In this document: in pieces, positions 1 through 9,416 of the stretch
Position numbering within the stretch: position 1 is the stretch's first letter
How the letters are laid out: every line of letters begins with the position of its first letter
Origin: an uncultured Gemmatimonadales bacterium
GTDB lineage: Bacteria; Gemmatimonadota; Gemmatimonadetes; Longimicrobiales; RSA9
NCBI GenBank assembly: GCA_963741945.1
Contig: CAVUKA010000004.1
Location: 64,001-128,000, forward strand
DNA: 64,000 nt
Direction: 5' to 3'
The notes under the pieces: generated by a model
Database searches by the model: none
Told to the model about the DNA's origin: nothing
The model's input: the letters and a program-made list of their open reading frames with translations, nothing else
Made by a program: the position numbers and the translations under genes

Positions 1-476
1 CCCCGGATCAGCGACTCCACCCGCGAAACGCCATCCGCCGCCACCGCTTCCAGCGCCGAGCGGACTTCCACGTCCTCGAGGAACCGCCCCGTCAGAGCCT
101 CGTGGTGCCCCGGGATCAGCTCCTCCTCCAGCTCCTCCAGCGCGTGCGAGAACGGATAATGCCCAACGTCGTGCAGCAGCCCCGCAAGCGCGACCAGCCG
201 CTCCTCCTCCGCCTCCACCCCGTCCAGCCAACCCCGCGCCCCCAGGCTGCCCATCGCCCGTCGGATCAGGTGATATACCCCCAGCGCGTGATCGAACCGC
301 GTGTGGCTCGCCCCCGGATACACCAGGTGCGCCAGACCCAACTGGCGGATGTAGCGCAACCGCTGGAACGCGCCCGAATCCACCACCCGTCGCGCCGCGT
401 CATCCACCTCGATCGTCCCCCAGACCGGCTCACGAATCACCACTGCCCCGCCGCCCCCCCTCTCACCCTCCGCCAT
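1..476 (-). CDS. HD-domain phosphohydrolase (dNTP triphosphohydrolase/SAMHD1-like), 3'-truncated by window edge
   Basis: Not in ORF track. Manual translation from ATG at 476: MAEGERGGGGAVVIREPVWGTIEVD...FQRLRYIRQLGLAHLVYPGASHTRFDHALGVYHL...LAGLLHDVGHYPFSHALE, with the QRL-QLG, HTRF-H and LLHD-GH-PFSH family motifs. Confidence 0.9.
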   Translation of the reverse strand, partial: MAEGERGGGGAVVIREPVWGTIEVDDAARRVVDSGAFQRLRYIRQLGLAHLVYPGASHTRFDHALGVYHLIRRAMGSLGARGWLDGVEAEEERLVALAGLLHDVGHYPFSHALEELEEELIPGHHEALTGRFLEDVEVRSALEAVAADGVSRVESLIR

Positions 477-603
477 GACCTCATCTCCCTTCCAGCATTG
501 GTCCGATCCATGCAATTCAACAGGGGTTGAAGTATCGACGCGTGACGCCGACGCGGGGCCAGCTACGGCCTCGCTTCGGTTTTCTGGATTGTGAGCTGAG
601 ACC

Positions 604-881
604 ATGATATATCGTACCGCCCTCATCGCCAGCGCGCTGACCGCGGCCGCGCTGGCCGGGTGTGCCGGCTCCGGCGCCGGCCCCGGGACACCGACACCGC
701 CATCGGACCCTGGCGCCGGGGGCCACGACGCTGCTTCCGCCGTAGCGCTGGACGGCCCCGGAGCGCTCGGCTACACGGGTCCGAGGGTGGTGGAATACCG
801 AAGGACGCGGGCTCGACGTCGTTCTACGGCGTGCGCGGGAGCAATGGCGTCATCCTGATCCGGACGAAGCGTGGCGGTTAG
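604..881 (+). pseudogene. Frameshifted, internally shortened TonB-dependent-receptor plug-domain lipoprotein
   Basis: Frame 604 gives a lipoprotein signal (MIYRTALIASALTAAALAGC). Frame 660 gives the plug C-terminal motif KDAGSTSFYGVRGSNGVILIRTK. The frames join at about 795. Confidence 0.6.
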
Positions 882-959
882 CGATGGAGCGGCGGCATAC
901 GACCCTCGCGCGGGAGCCGGAGCCCGCGCCCGTGCGCGTGTCGCCTGGTCAGGCGAAGC

Positions 960-2546
960 TCACGGCCCGGCGTTCCGGACGTCCTCGCTCACACCGTCGG
1001 CGAACTTCTCGAAGTTCTCCCGGAACATCTGGACGAGCTTTTCGGCCTGGGCGTCGTATTCCCAGGGGTGCTCCCACGTCTGGCGTGGGCGCAGCACCTC
1101 ATCCGGGACGCCGCGCACGTGGTCGGGGACTTCCAGCCCGAAGACGGGATCGGTGTGCGTCTTCACCCCGTCCAGCTCGCCCGTCAGCGCCGCGGTCACC
1201 ATGCGCCGGGTGTGCGACAGCTCCACCCGGTGCCCTTCCCCGAACGCGCCTCCCGTCCACCCCGTGTTCACCAGCCACGTGGTGGCATCGTGCTCGGCGA
1301 CGAGGCGCGCGAGCAGGTCGGCATAGTGGGCGGGCGGCAGAGGCAGGAAAGGCGCGCCGAAGCACGCGCTGAACGTGGCCTTCGGCTCGGTCACCCCTTT
1401 CTCCGTCCCGGCCACCTTGGCCGTGTAACCGGAGAGGAAGTGGTACGCGGCCTGGTGCCGGTCCAGCCGGGCGATGGGCGGCAACACTCCGAACGCGTCG
1501 GCGGTCAGGAAGATCACGTTGCGCGGGTGCCCCCCCCGCTTGTCGCGGACCGCCCCATCGATGAAGCGCAGCGGATAGGAGGAACGCGTGTTCTCCGTGA
1601 TGCTGTCGTCGTCCCATTTCGGGCAGCGGTTCTGGTCCATCACCACGTTCTCGAGGATGGCGCCGAACCGTTTGCTGGCCGACCAGATCAGCGGCTCACC
1701 CGACCGGGAGAGCCGGATCACCTTGGCGTAGTTTCCGCCCTCGAAGTTGAAGACGCCGTCCTCGGACCAGCCGTGCTCGTCATCGCCGATCAGATAGCGA
1801 TCCGGGTCGGTGGAGAGCGTGGTCTTTCCGGTGCCCGAGAGACCGAAGAAGAGCGCCACGTCCCCGTCCTCCCCCATGTTCGCCGAGCAGTGCATGCTCA
1901 GCACGTCCTGCCGCGGGAGGAGGTAGTTCATCACGCTGAAGATCGACTTCTTGATCTCACCGGCGTAGCGTGTGCCGCCGATGAGGACCTGCTTTTCGGC
2001 GAAGTTGACGACGACGAAGGCGCCCGACCGTGTCCCGTGCTTCTTGGGATCCGCCTGGAACTCGGGACTGTGCAGCACCGTGAAGCCGACCTCGAAGTGA
2101 TCCCGGTGATCACCATGCGGCTCCAGGAACATGTTGTTCACGAACAGCGAGTGCCACGCGCTCGGCGTGACCACGCGCACGTTCAGCCGGTACTGCGGGT
2201 CGGCCCCGGCCCAGACATCGCGGATGTACAGGTCGTCCTGCCCGTCCAGGTGAGCGACCAAGTCCGCACGCAGCCGATCGAAATGCTCCGGCTCGATCGC
2301 CACGTTCACGCTGCCCCACCAGATCTCGTTCTCGGTGCCGGGCTCGCGCACCGTGAACTTGTCGCCGGGGGACCGCCCTGTGTGGGGCGCTGTCACCGCC
2401 ACGAACGAGCCATCGGCCGACAGCTTCCCTTCACCCCGCCACACCGCGTGCTCCACCAGCTCCGCGGGCGGCAGGTTCCAGTGGATACGGCCGACCGGCC
2501 TCAGTCCGTGCTCGCTCAGCTGCGTTCGTTCCTTCGTCGTCGCCAC
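960..2546 (-). CDS. pckA: Phosphoenolpyruvate carboxykinase (ATP)
   Basis: HTGRSP, YAGEIKKSIFS, SMHCSAN, FFGLSGTGKTTLS, LIGDDEHGW, ENTR and FSACFGAPF motifs. GTG start at 2546 estimated. Confidence 0.97.
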   Translation of the reverse strand: MATTKERTQLSEHGLRPVGRIHWNLPPAELVEHAVWRGEGKLSADGSFVAVTAPHTGRSPGDKFTVREPGTENEIWWGSVNVAIEPEHFDRLRADLVAHLDGQDDLYIRDVWAGADPQYRLNVRVVTPSAWHSLFVNNMFLEPHGDHRDHFEVGFTVLHSPEFQADPKKHGTRSGAFVVVNFAEKQVLIGGTRYAGEIKKSIFSVMNYLLPRQDVLSMHCSANMGEDGDVALFFGLSGTGKTTLSTDPDRYLIGDDEHGWSEDGVFNFEGGNYAKVIRLSRSGEPLIWSASKRFGAILENVVMDQNRCPKWDDDSITENTRSSYPLRFIDGAVRDKRGGHPRNVIFLTADAFGVLPPIARLDRHQAAYHFLSGYTAKVAGTEKGVTEPKATFSACFGAPFLPLPPAHYADLLARLVAEHDATTWLVNTGWTGGAFGEGHRVELSHTRRMVTAALTGELDGVKTHTDPVFGLEVPDHVRGVPDEVLRPRQTWEHPWEYDAQAEKLVQMFRENFEKFADGVSEDVRNAGP

Positions 2547-2568
2547 TCTTCCCGCCTTCTGGTTCCTA

Positions 2569-4842
2569 TTACGGGTTGTTGATCGTGGTCCGGCGACGCT
2601 GGGCATCCACCACCGCGATCGCCGTCAGGTTCACCACGTCCGCCGCTTCGCTCCCGCGCTGCAGGACGTGGACCGGTTTCGCCATCCCCATCAGGATCGG
2701 GCCGATGGCTTCCGCCCCGCCGATCCGACCCATGAGCTTGTACGCGATGTTCGCCGCGTTGAGGTCCGGGAAGATCAGGACGTTTGCCGGACCGTCCAGC
2801 CTGCTGAACGGGTATCGGCTCTGCAGGATTTCTGCCACGACGGCCGTGTCCGCCTGCATCTCGCCATCCACTTTCAGGTCCGGCCGGAACTGCCGCACGC
2901 GCTCCGTGGCCTCACGGACCTTCAGCGCCTGGGGGTGCCGGGTCGAGCCGAAGTTGGAGAAGGAAAGCATGGCCATGCGCGGCTCGATCCCCAGCCGCTG
3001 CACGAAGTCGGCGGAGAGCAGCGCGATCTCGGCCAGCGTCTCGGCATCCGGATCGATGTTCACCGTGGTGTCCGCGAAGAACATGATCTCGTGCTGCAGC
3101 ACCATCATGTAGAGACCGGCCACGTGCTTCACGGAAGCGTCCGTCCCCACCGCTTCCAGCGCCGGCCGGATCGTCTCCGGGTAGTGTGTCTCGATTCCCG
3201 CGATGGCGCCGTCCGCGTCTCCCTCGGCCACCATCATGTGACCGAAGTAGGCGGTCTCCCGCAGCCGCTCCTGGGCCTCGGGCAGCGTGATCCCCTTGCG
3301 CTGGCGCCGCTCGAAGAACTTCCGGGCGTAGCGGTCCCGCAGCTCGTCGCTGATCGCCGGGTCGATGATGTCGACCTCGCTCAGGTCCACGTGGAGCTCC
3401 TTCGCCCGCTCCCGGATCCGGTCTTCACGCCCCAGCAGGACCGGGTGGACGATCCCTTCCTGCATCGCCTGCCCGACTGCGCGGATGATCCGGTCGTCCT
3501 CACCCTCCGGATACACGATGCGACGCGGGTCGCGCTCCGCCCGGAGCATGATGTCGCGCATCACCTCGCGTCGCCGACCCAGCCGCGCCTCCAGCTGCGT
3601 CCGGTACTCCTCGAGGTCGATCTCCTGTCGCGCCACCCCATCCTCCATGGCCGCCTGCGCCACCGCGGGCGCCACCCACAGGAGGACGCGATAGTCGAAC
3701 GGCTTCGGGATCAGGTACCGTGCGCCGAAGCGGAATGTCTCCTTCCCGTACGCGTGCGCCACCGACTCCGGCACGTCCTCCTTCGCCAGTGCTGCCAGCG
3801 CGCGCGTGGCCGCGAGCTTCATGTTGTCCGTGATCGCCCGCGCCCGCACGTCCAGCGCGCCACGGAAGATGAACGGGAAGCCCAGGACGTTGTTCACCTG
3901 GTTGTCGAAATCGCTCCGGCCCGTGGCCATGATCGCGTCATCGCGAACCCCGAACACCTCATCCGGCAGGATCTCCGGGTCCGGGTTGGCCAGCGCGAAG
4001 ATCACGGGGCGCTCCGCCATGGTCTTCACCATCTCCGGTGTTGCCGCCCCCGCCACCGACAGTCCCACGAACACGTCGGCGCCCTCCATGGCGCCGGCCA
4101 GGTCCATGGTCGGCGATGCCTGCGCGAACTTCGCCTTGTACTTGTTCATTCCCGCCGTACGGTCCTGCGTGATCAGCCCCTTGCTGTCGCACAGGAAGAT
4201 GTTCTCACGCTTCGCGCCCAGCCGGATGTAATGGTTGGCGGTGGCGATCGCCGACGCGCCCGCGCCGCTGAACACGATCTTCACGTCCGCCACGTCCTTC
4301 CCCACCACTTCCAGTGCGTTCACCAGCGCCGCACCCGAGATGATGGCCGTGCCGTGCTGGTCATCGTGGAAGACCGGGATGTCCAGCTTCTCCTTGAGCG
4401 CTTCCTCGATCTCGAAGCACTCCGGCGCCTTGATGTCTTCCAGGTTGATCCCGCCCAGCGTGGGCTCCAGCAGCTCGCAGAAATGGATGATCTCCTGCGC
4501 GTCCTCCGAATCCACCTCAATGTCGAACACGTCAATGTCGGCGAACCGCTTGAACAGCACGGCCTTCCCCTCCATCACCGGCTTGCCGGCCAGCGCCCCG
4601 AGATTCCCGAGGCCCAGCACGGCCGTGCCGTTCGACACCACGCCCACGAGGTTCCCCCGCGCCGTGTATTTGAACGCCGCGTCCGGATCATCCTTGATGA
4701 TCCGACACGGCTCCGCTACGCCCGGTGTGTAGGCCAGCGAAAGGTCCCATTGCGTCCCCACCGGCTTCGTGGGTACCACCGCGATCTTGCCCGGGCGGCC
4801 CTGCTCGTGATAGTCGAGTGCCGCCTGCTTTCTATCCACCAT
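2569..4842 (-). CDS. maeB: NADP-dependent malic enzyme fused to phosphotransacetylase-like domain
   Basis: [39 protein letters not shown], then a PTA-like C-terminus ([24 protein letters not shown]). GAGGAG RBS before ATG 4842. Confidence 0.97.
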   Translation of the reverse strand: MVDRKQAALDYHEQGRPGKIAVVPTKPVGTQWDLSLAYTPGVAEPCRIIKDDPDAAFKYTARGNLVGVVSNGTAVLGLGNLGALAGKPVMEGKAVLFKRFADIDVFDIEVDSEDAQEIIHFCELLEPTLGGINLEDIKAPECFEIEEALKEKLDIPVFHDDQHGTAIISGAALVNALEVVGKDVADVKIVFSGAGASAIATANHYIRLGAKRENIFLCDSKGLITQDRTAGMNKYKAKFAQASPTMDLAGAMEGADVFVGLSVAGAATPEMVKTMAERPVIFALANPDPEILPDEVFGVRDDAIMATGRSDFDNQVNNVLGFPFIFRGALDVRARAITDNMKLAATRALAALAKEDVPESVAHAYGKETFRFGARYLIPKPFDYRVLLWVAPAVAQAAMEDGVARQEIDLEEYRTQLEARLGRRREVMRDIMLRAERDPRRIVYPEGEDDRIIRAVGQAMQEGIVHPVLLGREDRIRERAKELHVDLSEVDIIDPAISDELRDRYARKFFERRQRKGITLPEAQERLRETAYFGHMMVAEGDADGAIAGIETHYPETIRPALEAVGTDASVKHVAGLYMMVLQHEIMFFADTTVNIDPDAETLAEIALLSADFVQRLGIEPRMAMLSFSNFGSTRHPQALKVREATERVRQFRPDLKVDGEMQADTAVVAEILQSRYPFSRLDGPANVLIFPDLNAANIAYKLMGRIGGAEAIGPILMGMAKPVHVLQRGSEAADVVNLTAIAVVDAQRRRTTINNP

Positions 4843-4984
4843 GTATTTGCTCCTCAGCGTCTGGGTCCGAGCAGGCAAAGGCTACCGATCCCGGGGGTCG
4901 AAAGCAAGCAGTGGCGAGCTGATTCGCCCGTTGCGCCCGCGGCTCCATGGCGCGATTCTCGCACCGGTCCGGCGCGGCCCGATC

Positions 4985-6796
4985 ATGCCTCGAACCGACA
5001 TCATGCTTCGAAACTCCCGATCTCTCATCGTGGCCGCGCTCCTCCTGGCCATTGGCGCCGTGTCCGTCCGCGCCCAGGGAGGTGGCGCGGCCGCATGCAA
5101 GACGGGGCGGATCGAGCACATCTTCGTCGATAACCATTCCATCTTCGATACGTCGGATCCGGAGCTCGATCCTCGCTTCCGGTGGGCGTACTCGCTGGCG
5201 AACGAGCTCCACGTCCGGACGGATGAAGCGGTGATCCGGCGGGAGCTCCTGTTCGACGTGGGCGACTGCTACGACCCCGTGCTCATGGAGGAGTCCGAGC
5301 GGCTCCTGCGCGGGTACCCGTTCATCGCCCGGGCCGACATCTATGGCGTCCGGCAGCCGGGCGGCGCCCTTCACGTGGTGGTCGACACGGAGGATGAATG
5401 GTCCACGCAGGTCGAGACCCGCCTCGACCTGAGCCAGGGCTTCGACTTCCAGGGCGTGGATGTCCGCGAGCAGAACCTGCTCGGGACCGGACGCGAACTG
5501 GGCGTCTTCTACAGCAACCTGGACGCGACGCAGACGTACGGCGTCCGCTACTTCGCGCCCCAGCTGTTTCGGACCCGGTGGAACCTCGACCTGGCCGGCG
5601 GGAAGACGCGCGCTGGGACGTTCCTGGACGAGATCGTGAGCTATCCATTTGTCGGCGAGATCGGCCGATGGGCGGCGCAGCAGCGCCTGTACCGGCACGA
5701 TCGCTATTTCGACTACCTGCTCCCGTCGCAGGCCGGGGATGAGCTTCGCCTGCTGGTGCCGCTGCGCGAGAAGGAGTTCCAGCTGGCCCTGCTCCGCCGC
5801 TTCGGCCGGGTGGGCAATCTGACCATCCTGGGCGCAGGAATGGGGTTCCAGGAGATCTCCTATCCCGGAAGCGACAGCACGCTGTCCCTCGTCCGCAACG
5901 GCGACTATCGCCACGCCTCTCCGGCGCCCGGGACGGTGGCCGCGCCCGCCCTCGGCGCCATGGAGCACCTGCGCAACATCCGGGCGATGATCCTGCTCGG
6001 GAAGCGCAACATCGTATGGCGGCAGCGAAGGGGGCTGGACAGCTTCCGCGGCGAGGAGGATGTGCGGATCGGCGCCGACGTCGAGATCGCGTTCGCGCGT
6101 TCCCTCCCCGGCCTCGAGTCGGACAACGACCTCTATGGATCCCTCGACTTCTACGCAGCCGCGGGTCCGCCCACCGCCTTTATGGCCACCCGCATCCGCG
6201 CTGACGCGCGTCGCGACTACGCCGCGACGCCGGGCACCCGCGAGGTGAAGGACCTGATCGCGGAGAGCGAGACCTTCCTTTACGTGCGCCCGTCACAGGC
6301 GAGCCGCCACACGCTCGTCCTCCGCGCGGCCGCGGCGGGCGGCTGGCACACTGCCACGCCGTTCCAGATCACGCTCGGCGGCCAGCACTCCCTCCGTGGG
6401 CTGCCCCGGACGGCATTCCCCGGAGGCCGCAGGGTAGTCTTCACGGCCGAAGACCGGTTCTATGTCGGCTGGCCACTGACGGACGTGGCCGATTTCGGCA
6501 CTTCCCTCTTCGTCGATGTGGGCCGGATCTGGCCCGGCGATGCCCCGTACGGCCAGAGCTCCGGGTGGAGAACGTCGGTCGGCGGCGGGATCCGCGCGAA
6601 CTTCCCCGCTGGCGGGACGAACACGTTCCGTGTCGATGCCGCGTTCCCCGTGGGCTCCAACGGTGGGTTGGGCAAGCTCCAGCTCCTGATCGGCGTCACC
6701 GAGTATCTCGGCATCAGCTCGCGCTTCGAGGACCCGCAGCTCAGCCGCTCCCGCGTTCCGCCCATCAGGGGTAATCTCCTCAGCTTCCCGAACTGA
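4985..6796 (+). CDS. Omp85/BamA-TamA family outer-membrane protein (POTRA + beta-barrel)
   Basis: Signal peptide; POTRA-like 'RTDEAVIRRELLFDVGD...ESERLLR'; 'EQNLLGTG'; barrel-like C-terminus with 'LRG' loop and 'LFVDVG'. Confidence 0.8.
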   Translation: MPRTDIMLRNSRSLIVAALLLAIGAVSVRAQGGGAAACKTGRIEHIFVDNHSIFDTSDPELDPRFRWAYSLANELHVRTDEAVIRRELLFDVGDCYDPVLMEESERLLRGYPFIARADIYGVRQPGGALHVVVDTEDEWSTQVETRLDLSQGFDFQGVDVREQNLLGTGRELGVFYSNLDATQTYGVRYFAPQLFRTRWNLDLAGGKTRAGTFLDEIVSYPFVGEIGRWAAQQRLYRHDRYFDYLLPSQAGDELRLLVPLREKEFQLALLRRFGRVGNLTILGAGMGFQEISYPGSDSTLSLVRNGDYRHASPAPGTVAAPALGAMEHLRNIRAMILLGKRNIVWRQRRGLDSFRGEEDVRIGADVEIAFARSLPGLESDNDLYGSLDFYAAAGPPTAFMATRIRADARRDYAATPGTREVKDLIAESETFLYVRPSQASRHTLVLRAAAAGGWHTATPFQITLGGQHSLRGLPRTAFPGGRRVVFTAEDRFYVGWPLTDVADFGTSLFVDVGRIWPGDAPYGQSSGWRTSVGGGIRANFPAGGTNTFRVDAAFPVGSNGGLGKLQLLIGVTEYLGISSRFEDPQLSRSRVPPIRGNLLSFPN

Positions 6797-6801
6797 CTGT
6801 C

Positions 6802-7509
6802 GTGAGCCTCCTGCCCCGCGCCCATGACGCGCCGGAGCGGATGGATGCCGATGACGTCGACGCTGGCACGCTCGACCGTGCCCTCGATGATGTCGCCGCC
6901 GTGAACCGTTGGCTGGGCGGCCGGCGGGCCCTCCTCCGGCACCTCCCGTGGGCGCTTCCCCCCTCCGGAGCCACCGCGCGCGTGGTGGATATCGGGACCG
7001 GCTCCGCGGATCTTCCCGCCGCAGTGGCCCGTTGGGCGCGCGCCCGCGGCCGTCGCGTGGAGATCACGGCCGTGGACCGCCACCCTGCGACCATCGAGAG
7101 CGCTCAGCTCCGCACCCGGGTCTGGCCGGAGATCCGGACCGTCCGGGGTGACGGTCTGCGCCTCCCCTTTGCGGACGGTGCCTTCCATCTGGTGCTCCTG
7201 TCCATGACGCTGCACCACATGGATGGTGACAGCCTGCCGGGGCTGTTGCGCGAGGCCGGGCGCGTGGCCCGCGGCGGCCGGATCCTCGTGGGCGAGCTCC
7301 GTCGCTCGGTCCCCGCGTACCTCGGGGCGAAGCTCCTGGCCGCCACCGTCTGGCGAACGAACCGCATCACCCGTCACGACGGGCCTCTGTCGGTCCGCCG
7401 CGCGTTCACGCCCTCCGAGCTCGTCACCCTGGCCGACCGTGCGGGGCTCCGCGATCCACGCGTCTTCTCGCACCCGCTCTTCCGCCTCGTCCTCCGCGCC
7501 CGCGGCTGA
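6802..7509 (+). CDS. Class I SAM-dependent methyltransferase
   Basis: VVDIGTGSAD motif I, GDGLRLPF, LHHM; N-terminal 'ERMD...LDDVAAVNRWLGG' and C-terminal 'HDGPLSVRRAFT' resemble polyketide-cluster methyltransferases. Confidence 0.9.
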   Translation: MSLLPRAHDAPERMDADDVDAGTLDRALDDVAAVNRWLGGRRALLRHLPWALPPSGATARVVDIGTGSADLPAAVARWARARGRRVEITAVDRHPATIESAQLRTRVWPEIRTVRGDGLRLPFADGAFHLVLLSMTLHHMDGDSLPGLLREAGRVARGGRILVGELRRSVPAYLGAKLLAATVWRTNRITRHDGPLSVRRAFTPSELVTLADRAGLRDPRVFSHPLFRLVLRARG

Positions 7510-7683
7510 CATCCGGGTCCCGCGCCTCGTGCGCCGGGAGCCGGGAACGAACGGTGCATCTCTCCCGTGTTCGGGAGTGACGGGTCGGGACGCCGGCCCC
7601 GGACGCCCGCCCCGGAACAGGAGGTCGCGCTGCCCAGAGACGGAGTCCACACGGAGCCTGAAGCGCTGTCCGATGGCACCGTC

Positions 7684-8892
7684 ATGGACGTCATCGTCGT
7701 CGGAGCGGGCCCCGCCGGCTCCGTCACCGCGCTCCTCCTCGCCCGGTCCGGCTTCCGCGTCCTGCTCATCGACCGGGCCCCGTTCCCCAGGTCGAAGCCG
7801 TGTGGCGATTGCCTGAGCGCCGGCGCCACGAGCCTGCTCGCGCGCCTGGGTCTGCTCCAGGATGTCCTCGCTGAGCAGCCGGCGCGCATCTCGGGCTGGG
7901 ACATCGTGTCTCATTCCGGCCGGACCGTATCAGGCCGCTTCCACGGCGACAGCGCCCTGGCCATCGACCGGCGCCGCTTCGATGCGGCCCTCCTCCGCGC
8001 GGCCCGCTCCGCCGGCGCCGCATTCGTCACTGCGCGCGTCGAGGACCTGGCGCCCGCCGGCGGTGCACGTGTCCCTGCCGGGATCCGCGCTCGGACCGCC
8101 GACGGCGAACGGATCCACGCGCGGGCGAGGCTGGTGGTGGGCGCGGACGGGCTCCGGTCCGTGGTGGCGCGGCGAGCCGGACTGGTCCGGCGTCGTCCCC
8201 GCCTCAGGAAGCTCTCCCTGACAGCGCACGTGTCCTCCACTGCGGTCCCCCCGGTCGGGACCATGCACCTGCTGCCGGGCGGCTGCGTGGGTGTCGCCCC
8301 CGTGGGCCGCGACCGGACGAACCTCACGCTCGTACTGGAGCAGCGGCACGCCGGCGGTCTGAGGGGAGCGGACGCGCCAGCGTTCTTCAGGTCGTGGCTG
8401 CAGCGTGCCCCGGGGATCGACGGGGCACTGGCCGAAGCGGACCCGGGCGAGCTGCTGGCTTCCGGCCCCTTCGATGTCCCGACCACGGCCGTGACCGCTC
8501 CCGGGCTCGCCCTGGTCGGCGATGCGGCAGGGTATTACGACCCGTTCACCGGGCAGGGGATCTTCCGCGCCATGGCGGGTGCCATGCTCCTCGCCCGCTG
8601 CGTCGCGCCGGCCCTCGGAAGCCCCGAAGGACCGGAGCTCCCCCGGGCCCTCCGGCGCTACGCCCGGGCGCACGGCCGTCTCACCGCGCCCATGGTCCGG
8701 CTGCAGCGGGTGATCGAGGCCGTGCTCTCCCGGCCCGCCATTGCCGAGCCGGTGCTGGCCCGGCTCGCCCGCGCGCCGGACGTCATGGACCGACTCCTGC
8801 AGGTGACCGGGGATCTGCGGACGCCCCGGTCGCTGCTGACGCCGGCCATGCTGTGGCGCTTCGCCTTCCCCTCCACTTCCGGAACACCATGA
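7684..8892 (+). CDS. FAD-dependent oxidoreductase/monooxygenase (geranylgeranyl-reductase-like)
   Basis: GAGPAGS Rossmann motif, KPCGDCLS, VVGADG, LVGDAAG...DPFTGQGI. Start may be as far upstream as 7567. Confidence 0.9.
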   Translation: MDVIVVGAGPAGSVTALLLARSGFRVLLIDRAPFPRSKPCGDCLSAGATSLLARLGLLQDVLAEQPARISGWDIVSHSGRTVSGRFHGDSALAIDRRRFDAALLRAARSAGAAFVTARVEDLAPAGGARVPAGIRARTADGERIHARARLVVGADGLRSVVARRAGLVRRRPRLRKLSLTAHVSSTAVPPVGTMHLLPGGCVGVAPVGRDRTNLTLVLEQRHAGGLRGADAPAFFRSWLQRAPGIDGALAEADPGELLASGPFDVPTTAVTAPGLALVGDAAGYYDPFTGQGIFRAMAGAMLLARCVAPALGSPEGPELPRALRRYARAHGRLTAPMVRLQRVIEAVLSRPAIAEPVLARLARAPDVMDRLLQVTGDLRTPRSLLTPAMLWRFAFPSTSGTP

Positions 8893-9416
8893 TACGCATC
8901 GACGAGCACAGCACTGCCGCCCCGCCGGAACGTGTCTTTCTCGCCGCCGCCGATGTCGAGCGCTGGCCCGACATCCTGCCGCACTATCGACGGGTGCGAT
9001 TCCTCCGCATGGACGGGTTCGGCCATGGTGTGGTCGAGATGGCCGCATGGCGGGATTTCGCCGGGCCGCTCCGCTACCCCACGTGGTGGGTCTCGCAGAT
9101 GGAGGCCGATGCCGGAACTCCGATCATCCGGTACCGCCACATCGATGGCGTGACTGCCGGCATGGACGTGCGCTGGGAGTTCCTCCCCATCGCCGGCGGT
9201 ACGCGCGTACGCATCGTGCATGAGTGGGACGGCCCTCCGTGGCCCGTTGTCGGCTCCATCGCCGCCTCCGTCGTGATCGGCCCCTTCTTCGTCAGCTCCA
9301 TCGCACGGCGCACGCTGGCAGGAGTCTGTGCCGAAGCCGAGCACGGCGTGGGGACGTCCGCACCACAGTCCGGCCCGCCGCGCACACGCCGGGAGGGGGC
9401 GGGTCACCATGCGTGA
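8889..9416 (+). CDS. SRPBCC/START-fold polyketide cyclase/dehydrase
   Basis: MIRIDEHSTAAPPERVFLAAADVERWPDILPHYR...GMDVRWEF...GTRVRIVHEW. ATGA overlap with the upstream gene. Confidence 0.85.
   Translation: MIRIDEHSTAAPPERVFLAAADVERWPDILPHYRRVRFLRMDGFGHGVVEMAAWRDFAGPLRYPTWWVSQMEADAGTPIIRYRHIDGVTAGMDVRWEFLPIAGGTRVRIVHEWDGPPWPVVGSIAASVVIGPFFVSSIARRTLAGVCAEAEHGVGTSAPQSGPPRTRREGAGHHA

Noticed and set aside
102-530. Plus-strand 142-aa ORF
   Set aside because: Shadow of the minus-strand HD hydrolase that runs off the window edge.
7684-8892. Flavin-dependent halogenase
   Set aside because: The WxWxIP halogenase motif is absent (the equivalent region reads GCVGVAP).
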